Source of the DNA: Dudresnaya verticillata
Taxonomy: Eukaryota
Direction: 5' to 3'
NCBI GenBank assembly: GCA_977862235.1
Contig: OZ374558.1
Location: 1 to 64,000 of the forward strand
DNA: 64,000 nucleotides
Shown here piece after piece: positions 52,641 through 64,000 of this stretch. Below the pieces are notes generated by a model. The model searched no databases. It saw only the letters and a program-made list of their open reading frames with translations, and was not told the origin of the DNA. The position numbers and the translations under genes were made by a program. The number at the start of each line of letters is the position of its first letter. Position 1 is the first letter of the stretch.

Positions 52641-52699
52641 CAAGTTGCGGCATTAAGGGATAATAGAGCTGGACACTTTCGTAAAATGCAGCGGGTATC

Positions 52700-54240
52700 T
52701 CCGGGTTATCGACCTTAACGTCCCTCATTCCCGAGACCAACCCCTTCTACAACCCGATCTCAATCTCCGTGTCCGCGTCGCTCGTCTCGAGGCATTGTGC
52801 AAGAGCCCACTTGACGTACACAAGAAACTCCTCCCAGTCCACAACCCCATCCTTGTCCATGCCTATCTCGGCCAGCGCCTTCTTGGTGTCCGTGCACGGG
52901 TAGCACCCAAAGTACGGCGCGAGAAACCCGTGGTAGAATGAGTCAAAGTCAAGCGCCCCGTCCTGATTCAGGGTCTCCTTCGAGTCCCAAAAGTCCCACA
53001 TCTGCCGGACATCCACACTTACCCGCTGGTGGTGAGCGTCCTGCACCTGCACGCGAGCAATCGCTTCGCTCATCATCCCCGTCATCTGCCCCTGCGCAGG
53101 TCGAACAACACCGCCAGTCCCATCGCGCTCTGGTACTCCTCCTCATTTTTCGCTCCTTCCGTCCCACGTTCAGGTCAAGATACGCCAGCATCTTCTGCGC
53201 CATTGCCTTCGTAAACTGCACGTCGTCACCAAACAAGTACTTGAGCCTGTTCATGACCATGTTTGGCGACTCCAGCGTCGTCGTCCGGTTCGTCTCGCGC
53301 TCGCGCTCCCCGAAAAACTCTGCCATGTTGAACCCGGCCCCGCCATCGCCCTCGAGTCAAACACAAGGCCCAGCGCTCGTTCTCCGTACAAGCACTGCTT
53401 GGGTTCCGCGTCCTTCATCGTCGTCAGCCACGTAACCTTGATTACCGCCTTCCGAAACCTCTTGCACCTGTACTTGGACAGCACCTTCTTATTCCCCAGC
53501 CGTACATAGTTCATCAACACCATCGTCGAGCACGCGTGCCCCATCGCCGCACCCTCCACGCACAGGCAGCTCCACATCCCGTCGCACCCTGCTGCCAAAC
53601 ATTCTAGCGTGCTTGTGGCCTGCAACTCGCACTTCTCGTGGATGTGCGCCAGCAGATTGCCGTCATTCGAGCTGCATGCATCCGGAATCCCGCACACCGC
53701 CCGCATGTACGAGACCATCTCGTCCTGTATAACATCCCCGCTGGGGTCTTCAAATACTAGCGCAAACAGACGCTTTTCATTCTGGAGTTTCGAAAGAAAC
53801 TCTACAATCTTCAACAACCGCTCTGGGGTTACCTCTAGAGCCGTCAGCATGTCATGGAGGTTCAACACCAACCGTCCTTCCGGGTTGATGTTCTAGTAAA
53901 CCCAAAATCCTGTACAGCAGTAGCTGGCACATATCCTTTTATTACGTAGCTCTGAAGCCCCAGTGTCTATTTCACCCTCGTCAATTCTCATCAAACTTGA
54001 GCTCAATGACTTTTCTAGAGGTCGCCTAAAGAGGTGAAGAAGGGCTGCTGGGAGAGGAAGGAAACAGGAGCTATCCTTTTCTAATCTGCAGAACACAAGG
54101 CTGTTTGTTGAACGCTTGAGATCGTAGGCGACGGGGCTATCCGAAGAAAAAGATGGGGGTATAAATCGGCCGCCTCTCACGGCCTTGGTAAAAGTGCGTG
54201 GGTCACCGTTCTTAAGAAAAGCAGTAGAAACGTCTACCAT
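52700..54240 (-). pseudogene. HMGL-like/DRE-TIM-barrel + EF-hand protein pseudogene, copy B
   Basis: Paralog of 35950-37507: FEDPSG, LLAHIHEK, EGAAMGHACS, DKDGVVDWEEF; frameshifted. Confidence 0.65.
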
Positions 54241-55839
54241 CCAGCAATGCAGTTATGGTTGCTATAGACTCGTAAAGAGCCTGTGGTACAACAAGCGGGT
54301 ATACGTACATTAGGGCATCTGCTGAAACGGCATGGATGGCGGATCTATTGTTTTCGTGATTTTCTTGGTTTCAAGTCTGCGACAGGAGGCGAACGGTGAA
54401 GAAGTGGCAGGACGAGTGTGATGGAGTACGCGATGAGGCGGAGTTTAGCCTCGGAGCAATGCGGGTGCTTCAGAGGACGGAACGGCCCCATCTAGCTAGA
54501 AGGTCTCCCTCACCCGCCTGTAGACTACTCTCCAGCTTCGCACGTGCACACACCCGCGGGACTCGATCCCACGACCTCCATGGCGGACCAAGCAAAAAGA
54601 AATCACTAAGCTATTGCCGCTTCAGTGTGGCTTTGCTTGGTGTAGTGCTGTCATGCTCCCTACTTAAGATCCTACTTCAGTAGGGATCTACACGCCTTAC
54701 CTCTTTAGTATTTCAGTGCATCGCGGTTTCTGTTATCAGGCGCAAGCTTGTTGACCGCCGCGCTAGCAACAGTGCGTATTACACCCCCTTAAGGGACTTA
54801 CTATGAATCTTGCGATTAAAGGGATGCTTGCTTGATTACCTCTATCATTCATGAACGTTCAACCGGTACGGTGCCATTTCTATGCCTGAGATTTTATCAT
54901 TCCATATGTGTAGAGGAGAGAAGTGCAACTGCGCTGGCACGAGGGAGCACGCAACTTTGTAGAGCAATGGCGGGTGTGCACTGAATGTAATCAACAAGAG
55001 TTTGGATACTGGGTGACAAACTGCTGTAGGTATATCAATAGTAGCCGAACAAAAAGTCTTTGAAGTGACGCAGACCTCAGCGATGGGGCCGCCTAGTGGA
55101 TCCTGGTCGAAATGCAGTATTTGCAGCTGAAAGGGGAGCGAGGATGACGGTTGGAAGCAAGGATGAGGCGCGAGGTGGACATTAAGACATAGATGGAGAC
55201 CTTTATGCATAGGAAAGACTACAGCCCCGCAAGGGGGCTTACCTAAAACTCATTTGAAAGGCGACGGTCGAAGAGTAAACGGCGGTTTAAAACATAGGCA
55301 TATTGAGCGTGGCCAGCTCGCGTGGCGCGGTGGTGCAGGCCGTACCAGGCGGTTGTGATGGTGGGGGGAGCTGCTTTTCTCACGATTGACGGCGTCGGGG
55401 TGCCGGTAATCCTCTGCCGGTCGGGGACATTGATTGCTCACATGGAGAGATCAATTCGGCGTGATCCGCGACGGGCACCAATAAGCGGTGTGTATTTGTA
55501 TGAAGGCGGCCCCGACGAAATCGCAGCACCGACTATCATTACACTGCAACTGTCACAGTCCTTCACGGCACCCCTACCGACCACCCTCGGCAGCAACCAT
55601 GGCGCGCCGGACACGCCTTCTCGCACGCTCTTCTGGCTCATCCTGCGATTGCGCTAGGACATTTCCAAGGCGCTGTCGATCTGTAGCGCAGTGCACAAGT
55701 TGCCAGGGATGCACAAGCTGACGCAGGGAGGTTGGCTAGCGGCTAGGGCTGGGGTGTGGACCACTACGGACAACATGATGTTCATCGCGGGGATCAAGTC
55801 GCTCGCGCGCGGTGCAGAAGCTGTTATAGAGCATCGACA

Positions 55840-56915
55840 ATGTCAAACAGCGTATGCAACACCTGGAGCGAATAACATAGTGGCGCGGGCTGGGGCGCGA
55901 TGGTGTGCGAGTGCACCACAGCGAGCAAGTCTTGCTGCCAAGGACAACGGACAACAAGGGGTGTGAGTGTACAATGGGAGCGAGGGGGCGATTCGCCGGG
56001 TGGTTGCAGTGAGCGGAGCGGCGGTAGGCGTGGTTGGGATGTCTGGCGCGGCAGCGGGTGTGACGGCGAGACTGCGCAACACGGGCAGAGTTGAGCGCAG
56101 CTCGAGGTGGCTTGGTGGGCACGAAATGCTGACGGTTGCGGTGGATGATGGATGGGATTGCGCGACTGAGTTCAGCTGTACAATGACGACGTTTGGGTGT
56201 GGCCAAAAGATCCCACAGTGAGCCAATCCGCACAAGCGCCAAATACATGTGCATCGCGCTGCGATGAACGAAGGCTCGCGACTCTGTTGTAAGGGCCGTA
56301 GCGATGACGTCGGTTTGAGCGTTCTGACTCTCCTGCTGTGTTGCGTACGGGGCGGGGCGCAATACTGCTTTTTGGGGTGAGAGGGCGGGGTGCCTTCACT
56401 GAGCGAAACATAGTAAGTGCTTCAGCCAAAGAGTATTGTTACCGAACTACGTACCTCCACCAACACAGCTACAACCATCAATTAAAGAGCACCACTACCG
56501 CCAAAACGGTATCGACATGGAGTAAGGGGCTGACGCGTTGGCGATGCGATTGGAGATTGGAATGCTTTTTTAGACACTTTTGTGGGTCTGCTTTGCTGCC
56601 GCGGCGGAGGGGAGGGACGAGGTATCATTGTCCTGCTGCGCACCGCCAGTTCTGTGGATGTGATGTGCTGTGCGTCCGCGGGGGGCGAGCGTGGTGCAGC
56701 GCGTGATGTAGCGATGTGTCGGCAGAATGCTGCAGCGGCGGCGGCGCGAGGTGACGATGGGACTGTGATCGATGGGCGCCGCGGATAATTGTCGGATGGC
56801 GGCGCGTGCGGAGCGCGCGCAAGCGCCAAATACACTACACGTGCACTGCTCTGACGTGACAACGCGCCTTTCGACTTTTACAACATCCCCGCAAAACAGC
56901 TCCGCCGCGCGGCAC
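55840..56915. repeat. Segmental duplication of the upstream region of copy 3, near-identical to 62260-63335 (upstream of copy 4)
   Basis: Long runs of identical sequence; the six-frame ORF translations of the two regions are almost identical. Confidence 0.92.
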
Positions 56916-57160
56916 AGCCGCCCACGCGGCACCTCGCGGCACCGCGAGAACCTCTCTTCCTACAACCGCCAGAAAGTCGCCTGCTGGACGCTCCGGGACC
57001 GCCACACACGCCGCGCTGCAACGCCTCCCGCCGTCCCACTCGCAACGTTCATCGCGGCATAAATAGCGCCGTGCGCTTGGCGCACTCGCTCCCGACACAC
57101 ACACCCCAACCATCCCATCTCCAACCGTCTCCACCCGCTCGACCGCCCGCTCCTGTCGAC

Positions 57161-60100
57161 ATGGATGACACACCGCAGCGCCGTGCCCTTCGCCAAGCTA
57201 TCGACGACAATGCCGACGGCGACGACATGGTTGCACTCGCATTTGCCTACTGGGACGCTTCAGATGGAGGGCCTGTTCTACCTTTGCAAGCCGTCGCCTT
57301 GCTCGAGCGAGCGATTGATGAGGGCGACCATGACGAAGCGCGGCATGGCCTTGCACTGTTGCTGAAGGAAGGGGCCGCGGGAGTGCCCAAGGACGAGCGC
57401 CGCGCCGCGGAGCTGGTCGAGCGCGCCAACGCGCGAGATCCGCGCGGGGTGTCGCTGCGCAATCTCGGAGTGCGTCTTCATTTCGGACGGCGCCATTTTG
57501 TCAAAGACACAAAGCGCGCGGCAGCGCTGTACGAACGAGCCGTTGCAGAGTTTGCGAAAGTGAACGCAATGGTCAATTTCGGCCTTCTCCTCGAAACCGG
57601 CGACGGCGTCGCCAAAGACGCTCCGCGCGCCGCTGCGCTGTACGACCGCGCCATCGCGGAGGGCGAAAATGCCAGCGCAATGGCCAATTTGGGCCAATTG
57701 CTGCTGAGCGGCGAAATCGATGTTCCGCGAGACGTTCCGCGCGGCGTCGAACTGCTCCAACGCGCCTGCGACAGCGGTCACGAGAGGGCCCCAATGTATA
57801 TGGTTCAGTTGGGCCAAGCGCTTTTGCCCAATCATATCGGAGACGCGCGCGATCCGCCGCGCGCGAAGAACCTCTTCCAACGCTCAATCGAACTCCATCG
57901 CTCCCGCGTCGCACTCTATGAGCTCGCCACATTGCTTGCCCGCGGAGATGTCGGTGTTGCTCGCGATGAGCGCGCAGCAGCCCAACTGCATCAACAAGCA
58001 GCGCATCAACAGCTAACGCCTCTTGAGCTTGAAGGCTTCAGCGGCCGGTCGCAATACCTTGTCAACCGCATCGGTGACACCAGCACACTTGTTGAAAACA
58101 CCCTCAAGACCGCCACAGCAAAGCCACGGCAGTGCTTTCTTCTTGTTCTCGGCGGTGCGGCACGTGGTAAGACAAGCACGGTAAGGAGCCTGCGCTCCAT
58201 GCCCTTCGTTGCCACCCACCAGCCGACACACTTTGTGTCGCTGAGTCGCACTCTTGTCGTCCCGGACGGCCCCAAGTTGGACGATGACATTGTCGACCAG
58301 CTCGCCTTCAACAGCGAGGCCTTCCATGCCCTCATGTCACGGTCAGTTATTCCAGAGGTACCCACGCCAACGGAACGACCAACGTCATCTACAGCAAGTG
58401 CATCCGATGCCGGCTCCTTTCGAGCTGGATCGGCGTTTCCCCCAACTGCAACTGATGCATCATCGCGGCAGAGTGAAAAATCCACCGCAAGATTCCGCCT
58501 TAAACTCCCCACTTGGCTCAACCGAGCTCCTCCGACCAAGAGGACCGTTCCCCAGAGTGGAGACACATTGGCAAGCAGCCATACCACTGCTCAACAACCA
58601 CCAGCTCCGCCCAGCATTGCTGCTTCGCAGTCTATAAACTCCCAAGCGTCTCCCATTTGGGAAGTAGCACGGCTAGGGCTCATGGGTGCCGCATTACCTG
58701 CGGATAATCGAGCTGCGTTGGTGCAATGCTGGGACCTTGGAGGTCAGGCAGAGTACCTCAGTGTTCCCGCAATCTTCATCCGCCGCGCTTCCATTTTTGT
58801 TTTCGTGGTAGATCTGAAAAGGTTTGAGTCAGAAGTCACCCAAGAGGACGAAGTGTTAGAACTATGCAACTGGATGCAAATGGCACATGCGTCTTCGCAA
58901 ACCCCGAAAAATGTTTGGGTGATCCTGGTGGGAACCAGGAAGGCAGAAGTTGAAAGCCCTGAAGACTTGTTTCAGCAGCTGCGACAAAAACTGCGAAAGC
59001 ATCTCGGAAGGGCTGTCTACGATGACTGGGTTCGGGAGAAGGGTGATGTCGACAAATGCAAGTGTCGGTGGGTTGCCATCGAGAACAAGAACAGCAGTGC
59101 TGAACAAGACCGTGCCGGGTCAGGCGTTGTGGAACTAGAGAAGTTTATCAAGGAAGCAAGTGAAGACATTCTTGACGGAAGGGAAGAGGTTCCAGTTCGG
59201 TGGGCTGCCCTCAGGGAAACCATTTTGTCGCACGCCACTGAAAGCCAAAAAGTCTTTCTGGTAATGACAGAAGTTCAGAGCCATGCTGCCAGACTTCCCG
59301 GATTCTCTAGTAACAAGGAGGAGAGAGAAGCAGACGTTGAGAAATGCGTCCAATTCCAGAGTCAGCAGGGCCATATCGTAGAAGTGCAGACGGGCGAGGG
59401 GTGGTTCGTGTTCCCAGATCCAACAGTTATTCTGGACTTTATTCGGCAGGTCACGGGCCCGGCTGAGTTTATGCGAGAAAGACTGGGTGAAGAAGAAGCG
59501 AAAGAGTTTGAAAGGACTTTACAGACTCTGGGACAGCATGAAGCAGACGGTTATCGGAATGGGTTGATACCCCGTGAAGGACTGGAGGTACTGTGGTGTA
59601 AATACCCATCGGCTGTCCGAAAAGTCATGCTTGACATTCTTTGTCAATTTGACATCATCATGCGCCTTCAGGCTGTGGAAGGAGCGGACGGTGAACAGAA
59701 CGAGCTAATCGGGATACCTTCATTGTTGCCAAAGGGTTGGGAAGGGTTCTCATGTGACACAAAGAACGGAGAGAGTGAACTAATTTTGCGAACAGAGTTT
59801 GTTGATACCATTCCGCCAAGTCTGACAGGGTCACTGATCGCGTACCTTCACCGAACCATTGCAAGAGAGCGGACAAAAGCGCCCGAGCTTCGTCAAGATG
59901 CCGTCATCCTGGCCCTTGCGGGAGCATGCAGAGTCGTGGTTCGCTTTATATCAGAAAAGAGATGGATCGACTGGACTATAAGGGCGGATGCCGATGAAGC
60001 AGTGCAGGTTGCGCACCAGTGTTTGCGGGGCATGGAAAGTTTTTTGAAGGGACCACTGCATGGGACCAATGCAAGCTGGAAAGACTATCTGATCACCGAC

Positions 60101-60868
60101 TGCCCTAAGGAATTGCGCGGGGGGTGTGGAAGTTCCAGTAGCGTGCAGTTGGGTATCCGTCGGAGTTGGGTAACAAGTACGCAGTGCCAGCCACTGGATC
60201 CAGCAGAAGGCACTTGCGTGTGCGAGCAGCTTTGGACTTTCAAGCGATTGAAGCCGCACATCCTCAAAGGAGCAAGTGCGGGCTCAGGTCCGCGTCCTGT
60301 TGACGTGCGACTAGCTGCAACACCTTTCGATGTATTTATCAGCCACGCAGGGAGCGAGAAGGGGTGCCTCGCCGTGCCGGTAATGAATGCAATGGGCACA
60401 AAGGTCAGTTGTTTCTTAGATGAGAAAAGCCTCGAGGTATCCACAAAGACGAATAAGGACCAAATTATGGCTGCAATTCGAGGGAGCAGAGCTGCAATAT
60501 TCATACTGTCACCAGAGTTCCTGGCTCGCAAGTGGCCTATGCTAGAGTTGGAAGAATTCTTCAAGCGGACGGATGAGGCGGTTGGAAGAGGCGAGAAACC
60601 TCCGTTAATTTTCCCGTTGTTCTACAAACTCTCGGTCGAAGAATGTCAGAAGGCGATGGATGTTTTCCATGGAGAGAATAGCGATCTTTTCAAGAGGAGA
60701 GGGTTTTTCGCGTACGAACGACAGAGTCAATCGCCATCAACGAAAATTGCTGACTTGGCCGGGCGTTTAAGCTCGTTTGTTGGTATTCGGAATGACCGTG
60801 AAGAGTCGAACGAGGATTTTGCTCAACGAGCCGCAATCACACTACTCCAGAAACTAGAAAGTCACTAG
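57161..60868 (+). CDS. Sel1-repeat / Roc-COR / TIR protein, copy 3 (1235 aa from the first ATG)
   Basis: Roc-COR is almost identical to copy 1. It has a single KDAPRAAAL repeat and a different TIR domain. Confidence 0.9.
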   Translation: MDDTPQRRALRQAIDDNADGDDMVALAFAYWDASDGGPVLPLQAVALLERAIDEGDHDEARHGLALLLKEGAAGVPKDERRAAELVERANARDPRGVSLRNLGVRLHFGRRHFVKDTKRAAALYERAVAEFAKVNAMVNFGLLLETGDGVAKDAPRAAALYDRAIAEGENASAMANLGQLLLSGEIDVPRDVPRGVELLQRACDSGHERAPMYMVQLGQALLPNHIGDARDPPRAKNLFQRSIELHRSRVALYELATLLARGDVGVARDERAAAQLHQQAAHQQLTPLELEGFSGRSQYLVNRIGDTSTLVENTLKTATAKPRQCFLLVLGGAARGKTSTVRSLRSMPFVATHQPTHFVSLSRTLVVPDGPKLDDDIVDQLAFNSEAFHALMSRSVIPEVPTPTERPTSSTASASDAGSFRAGSAFPPTATDASSRQSEKSTARFRLKLPTWLNRAPPTKRTVPQSGDTLASSHTTAQQPPAPPSIAASQSINSQASPIWEVARLGLMGAALPADNRAALVQCWDLGGQAEYLSVPAIFIRRASIFVFVVDLKRFESEVTQEDEVLELCNWMQMAHASSQTPKNVWVILVGTRKAEVESPEDLFQQLRQKLRKHLGRAVYDDWVREKGDVDKCKCRWVAIENKNSSAEQDRAGSGVVELEKFIKEASEDILDGREEVPVRWAALRETILSHATESQKVFLVMTEVQSHAARLPGFSSNKEEREADVEKCVQFQSQQGHIVEVQTGEGWFVFPDPTVILDFIRQVTGPAEFMRERLGEEEAKEFERTLQTLGQHEADGYRNGLIPREGLEVLWCKYPSAVRKVMLDILCQFDIIMRLQAVEGADGEQNELIGIPSLLPKGWEGFSCDTKNGESELILRTEFVDTIPPSLTGSLIAYLHRTIARERTKAPELRQDAVILALAGACRVVVRFISEKRWIDWTIRADADEAVQVAHQCLRGMESFLKGPLHGTNASWKDYLITDCPKELRGGCGSSSSVQLGIRRSWVTSTQCQPLDPAEGTCVCEQLWTFKRLKPHILKGASAGSGPRPVDVRLAATPFDVFISHAGSEKGCLAVPVMNAMGTKVSCFLDEKSLEVSTKTNKDQIMAAIRGSRAAIFILSPEFLARKWPMLELEEFFKRTDEAVGRGEKPPLIFPLFYKLSVEECQKAMDVFHGENSDLFKRRGFFAYERQSQSPSTKIADLAGRLSSFVGIRNDREESNEDFAQRAAITLLQKLESH

Positions 60869-61334
60869 TTGAGTTTGTCCATAGTATACGTTTGTCGTTG
60901 CCGTTTAATATATCTCATCGTTTACTGCCTGCAGCAATCATTATTGCGACGCAGCTCATGACGGCACAATAGGTATTACATATTCCTTGCGCCGCCTTCT
61001 TTTCTCGACGGCCCTCGCCCATCCCTTCGACCTGCTGCTTCTTCCATGACGCACAACGGCGCACGGCCTGTGCACCGCACCTACTTCATTGATTTTGCTA
61101 GACTGGGGAGCTGTGAAGGGCGGCTGGTACGGGAGCATAACACAAAGTGCGTAAGTCACGCCTGGGGCGAACGGATGTCCGGCATCGCGACTTGCTGGTG
61201 CAGGAAAAGGCCCGGACGCATTGTCTGCGAAGCCGGCAGCAATCCACCGTACGCGGCGGGGTTCGTGTATGGCAAGCAGAAGACGTGGAAGGGCGATGGG
61301 AAGGAGTGGGAGTGAACCGCTTTGCCGTTAGTGC

Positions 61335-61478
61335 CAGGGCTGTCGGGCTCGTAATTACAATTGCAATTGTTGTTGCAGTGACATTGTATATTGCAATACC
61401 TATTGCCGAAGGGGAGAGAATTGGTGCAACATGTTGCTTATTGCATTTGTGTTTGCGATGTTATTGCCTGCAGCCCTT
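61335..61478. mobile_element. Short non-autonomous (MITE-like) deletion derivative of the 51111-51885 element
   Basis: CAGGGCTG...CAGCCCT ends, and internal blocks (GCAGTGACATTGTATATTG, ATTGCCGAAGGGGAG) that match both ends of the longer copy. Confidence 0.5.
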
Positions 61479-63504
61479 GTGGATAGCATCCCGCCGTCAC
61501 TGAACGTATCGTCATCGTAGTCGATCGACAAGTGATTCGAAGAACGCTTTTTCCGTTACCGGTGCGGCCGGAGTCCCAAACAGTGCCTGTCGCACGCGGT
61601 GTGCTACCCCGTGCGCGAACCCCGGCAGGGGCGGACAGCTCGAACACGCACGGCACGCTGCCTCCCCCGGTGTCTTCCGGTATTTGCGCGTCGCCGTACT
61701 CGACGCAGTAGACGCATCGGAGCGCCACGCGGTCGTCCAAGCTGCAGTTGAACAGCCCCACCCCGCCGCCACGGTGAATCCCCGGCGCGTTCTGCGAGCC
61801 CGGCGTACCCTCTCCCAGCACCTTGCGTGAGAGGTGCACCGTGCCCCACATTCATCGCCGCGGTGAGGCCATCCATGCGGGTGCAGAGCAGCGCAGCGAG
61901 ACGGATGCCGTGGGCGAGGGAGGCGTGAGCACGGTGCAGGGATACTGCGCGATCGAGGCGGTGAGCGGCCATGCAAACATTGTGATCCTCGCCTCGTGCC
62001 GCCTTGCTTCCTCCCCGCGCTAGCTGGAACTTTGACATTTCCGATGCCTGTCGGTGGAGACATCGGTGTTAGTGGGCAATATAGCCAAAGGGGGCTCGCT
62101 TCTCCCGATACGCAACGATACGAGGCAGTAGATGGGGGACCGCTTGTATGTTTCGTCTGCTGTGGCCAACTGCGACACCAGGTATGCACAACTGTTCACA
62201 ATCCGCGCAATACCGACGGCGATGGTTCAGCGGACGTCCGTAGATGTCCAGTACGCACATTGTCAAACAGCGTATGCAACACCTGGAGCGAATAACATAG
62301 TGGCGCGGGCTGGGGCGCGATGGTGTGCGAGTGCACCACAGCGAGCAAGTCTTGCTACCAAGGACAACGGACAACAAGGGGTGTGAGTGTACAATGGGAG
62401 CGAGGGGGGCGATTCGCCGGGTGGTTGCAGCGAGCAGAGCGGCGGTAGGCGTGGTCGGGATGTCTGGCGCGGCAGCGGGTGTGACAGCGAGACTGCGCAA
62501 CACGGGCAGAGTTGAGCGCAGCTCGAGGTGGCTTGGTGGGCACGAAATGCTGGCGGTTGCGGTGGATGATGGATGGGATTGCGCGACTGAGTTCAGCTGT
62601 ACGATGACGACGTTTGGGTGTGGCCAAAAGATCCCACAGTGAGCCAATCCGCACAAGCGCCAAATACATGTGCATCGCGCTGCGATGAACGAAGGCTCGC
62701 GACTCTGTTGTAAGGGCCGTAGCGATGACGTCGGTTTGAGCGTTCTGACTCTCCTGCTGTGTTGCGTACGGGGCGGGGCGCAATACTGCTTTTTGGGGTG
62801 AGAGGGCGGGGTGCCTTCACTGAGCGAAACATAGTAAGTGCTTCAGCCAAAGAGTATTGTTACCGAACTACGTACCTCCACCAACACAGCTACAACCATC
62901 AATTAAAGAGCACCACTACCGCCAAAACGGTATCGACATGGAGTAAGGGGCTGACGCGTTGGCGATGCGATTGGAGATTGGAATGCTTTTTTAGACACTT
63001 TTGTGGGTCTGCTTTGCTGCCGCGGCGGAGGGGAGGGACGAGGTATCATTGTCCTGCTGCGCACCGCCAGTTCTGTGGATGTGATGTGCTGTGCGTCCGC
63101 GGGGGGCGAGCGTGGTGCAGCGCGTGATGTAGCGATGTGTCGGCAGAATGCTGCAGCGGCGGCGGCGCGAGGTGACGATGGGACTGTGATCGATGGGCGC
63201 CGCGGATGATTGTCGGATGGCGGCGCGTGCGGAGCGCGCGCAAGCGCCAAATACACTACACGTGCACTGCTCTGACGTGACAACGCGCCTTTCGACTTTT
63301 ACAACATCCGCTCCAAACAGCTCCGCCGCGCGGCACACCGCCGCCCACGCCGCGCTGCAACACCTCCCGCCGTCCCACTCGCAACTTTCATCGCGGCATA
63401 AATAGCGCCGTGCGCTTGTCGCACTCGCTCCCGACACACAAGACACACCCCAACCATCTCATCTCCAACCGTCTCCACCCGCTCGACCACCCGCTCCTGC
63501 CGAC

Positions 63505-64000
63505 ATGGATGCCACACCGCAGCGCCGCGCCCTTCGCCAAGCTATCGACGACAATGCCGATGTCGACGACATGGTTGCACTCGCCTTTGTGTGCTGGGGC
63601 GCTTCAGATGGAGGGCCTGTTCTACCTTTGCAAGCCGTCGCCTTGCTCGAGCGAGCGATTGAAGATGGCGACCACAACGAAGCACGGCATGGCCTTGCAC
63701 TGTTGCTGAAGGAAGGTGCCGCGGGAGTGCCCAAGGACGAGCGCCGCGCCGCGGAGCTGGTCGAGCGCGCCAACGCGCGAGATCCGCGCGGGGCCTCGCT
63801 GTTCAATCTCGGATGGCGTCTCGATATCGGACGGCGCCATTTTGTCAAAGACACAAAGCGCGCGGCAGCGCTGTACGAACGAGCCGTTGCAGAGTTTGCG
63901 AATGTGAACGCAATGATCACTTTGGGCCTTCTCCTCGCAGCCGGCGACGGCGTCGCCAAAGACGCTCCGCGCGCGGCAGCGCTGTACGAACGAGCCGTTG
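63505..64000 (+). CDS. Sel1-repeat (Roc-COR-TIR family) protein, copy 4, 5' part only (runs off the window)
   Basis: ATGGATGCCACACCGCAG start and Sel1 repeats homologous to copies 1-3, with CATAAATA upstream. Confidence 0.85.
   Translation, partial: MDATPQRRALRQAIDDNADVDDMVALAFVCWGASDGGPVLPLQAVALLERAIEDGDHNEARHGLALLLKEGAAGVPKDERRAAELVERANARDPRGASLFNLGWRLDIGRRHFVKDTKRAAALYERAVAEFANVNAMITLGLLLAAGDGVAKDAPRAAALYERAV

Noticed and set aside
54800..55830. Possible gene remnants here and at ~61500-62250, ~10700-11150 and ~29480-29800
   Set aside because: Short, stop-interrupted frames with no motif I could assign to a family.
55840..56915. ORFs conserved between 55.8-56.9 kb and 62.3-63.3 kb
   Set aside because: Conservation is explained by a recent segmental duplication, not by coding constraint.

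Overview
Left end of a eukaryotic chromosome. The intron-poor genes and TE families are compatible with a florideophyte-type red alga, but this is inference only. Layout: (1) about 1.5 kb of telomere, (CCCCTAAA)n = TTTAGGGG. (2) An ~8 kb subtelomeric unit encoding a 1821-aa protein with N-terminal Zn fingers, a central tyrosine-recombinase-like domain (R...K...HR...H...Y) and a RecQ helicase. The unit carries at least 12 copies of a 32-bp palindrome shaped like a tyrosine-recombinase core site, and the telomere joins exactly in the spacer of one of these palindromes. This is the best candidate for an undescribed system: a recombinase/resolvase-helicase element acting on its own sites at chromosome ends. 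(3) Helitron debris containing a 13.4 kb chromodomain Gypsy element with extra antisense ORFs. (4) A tandem cluster of four Sel1-repeat/Roc-COR/TIR immune-receptor-like genes, with hypervariable Sel1 repeats and TIR domains swapped at a fixed junction. The cluster is interspersed with a young, intact Tudor-domain Copia element, HMGL-like/EF-hand and P450 pseudogenes, and hAT-like remnants. All domain calls come from visual motif recognition; no searches were run.
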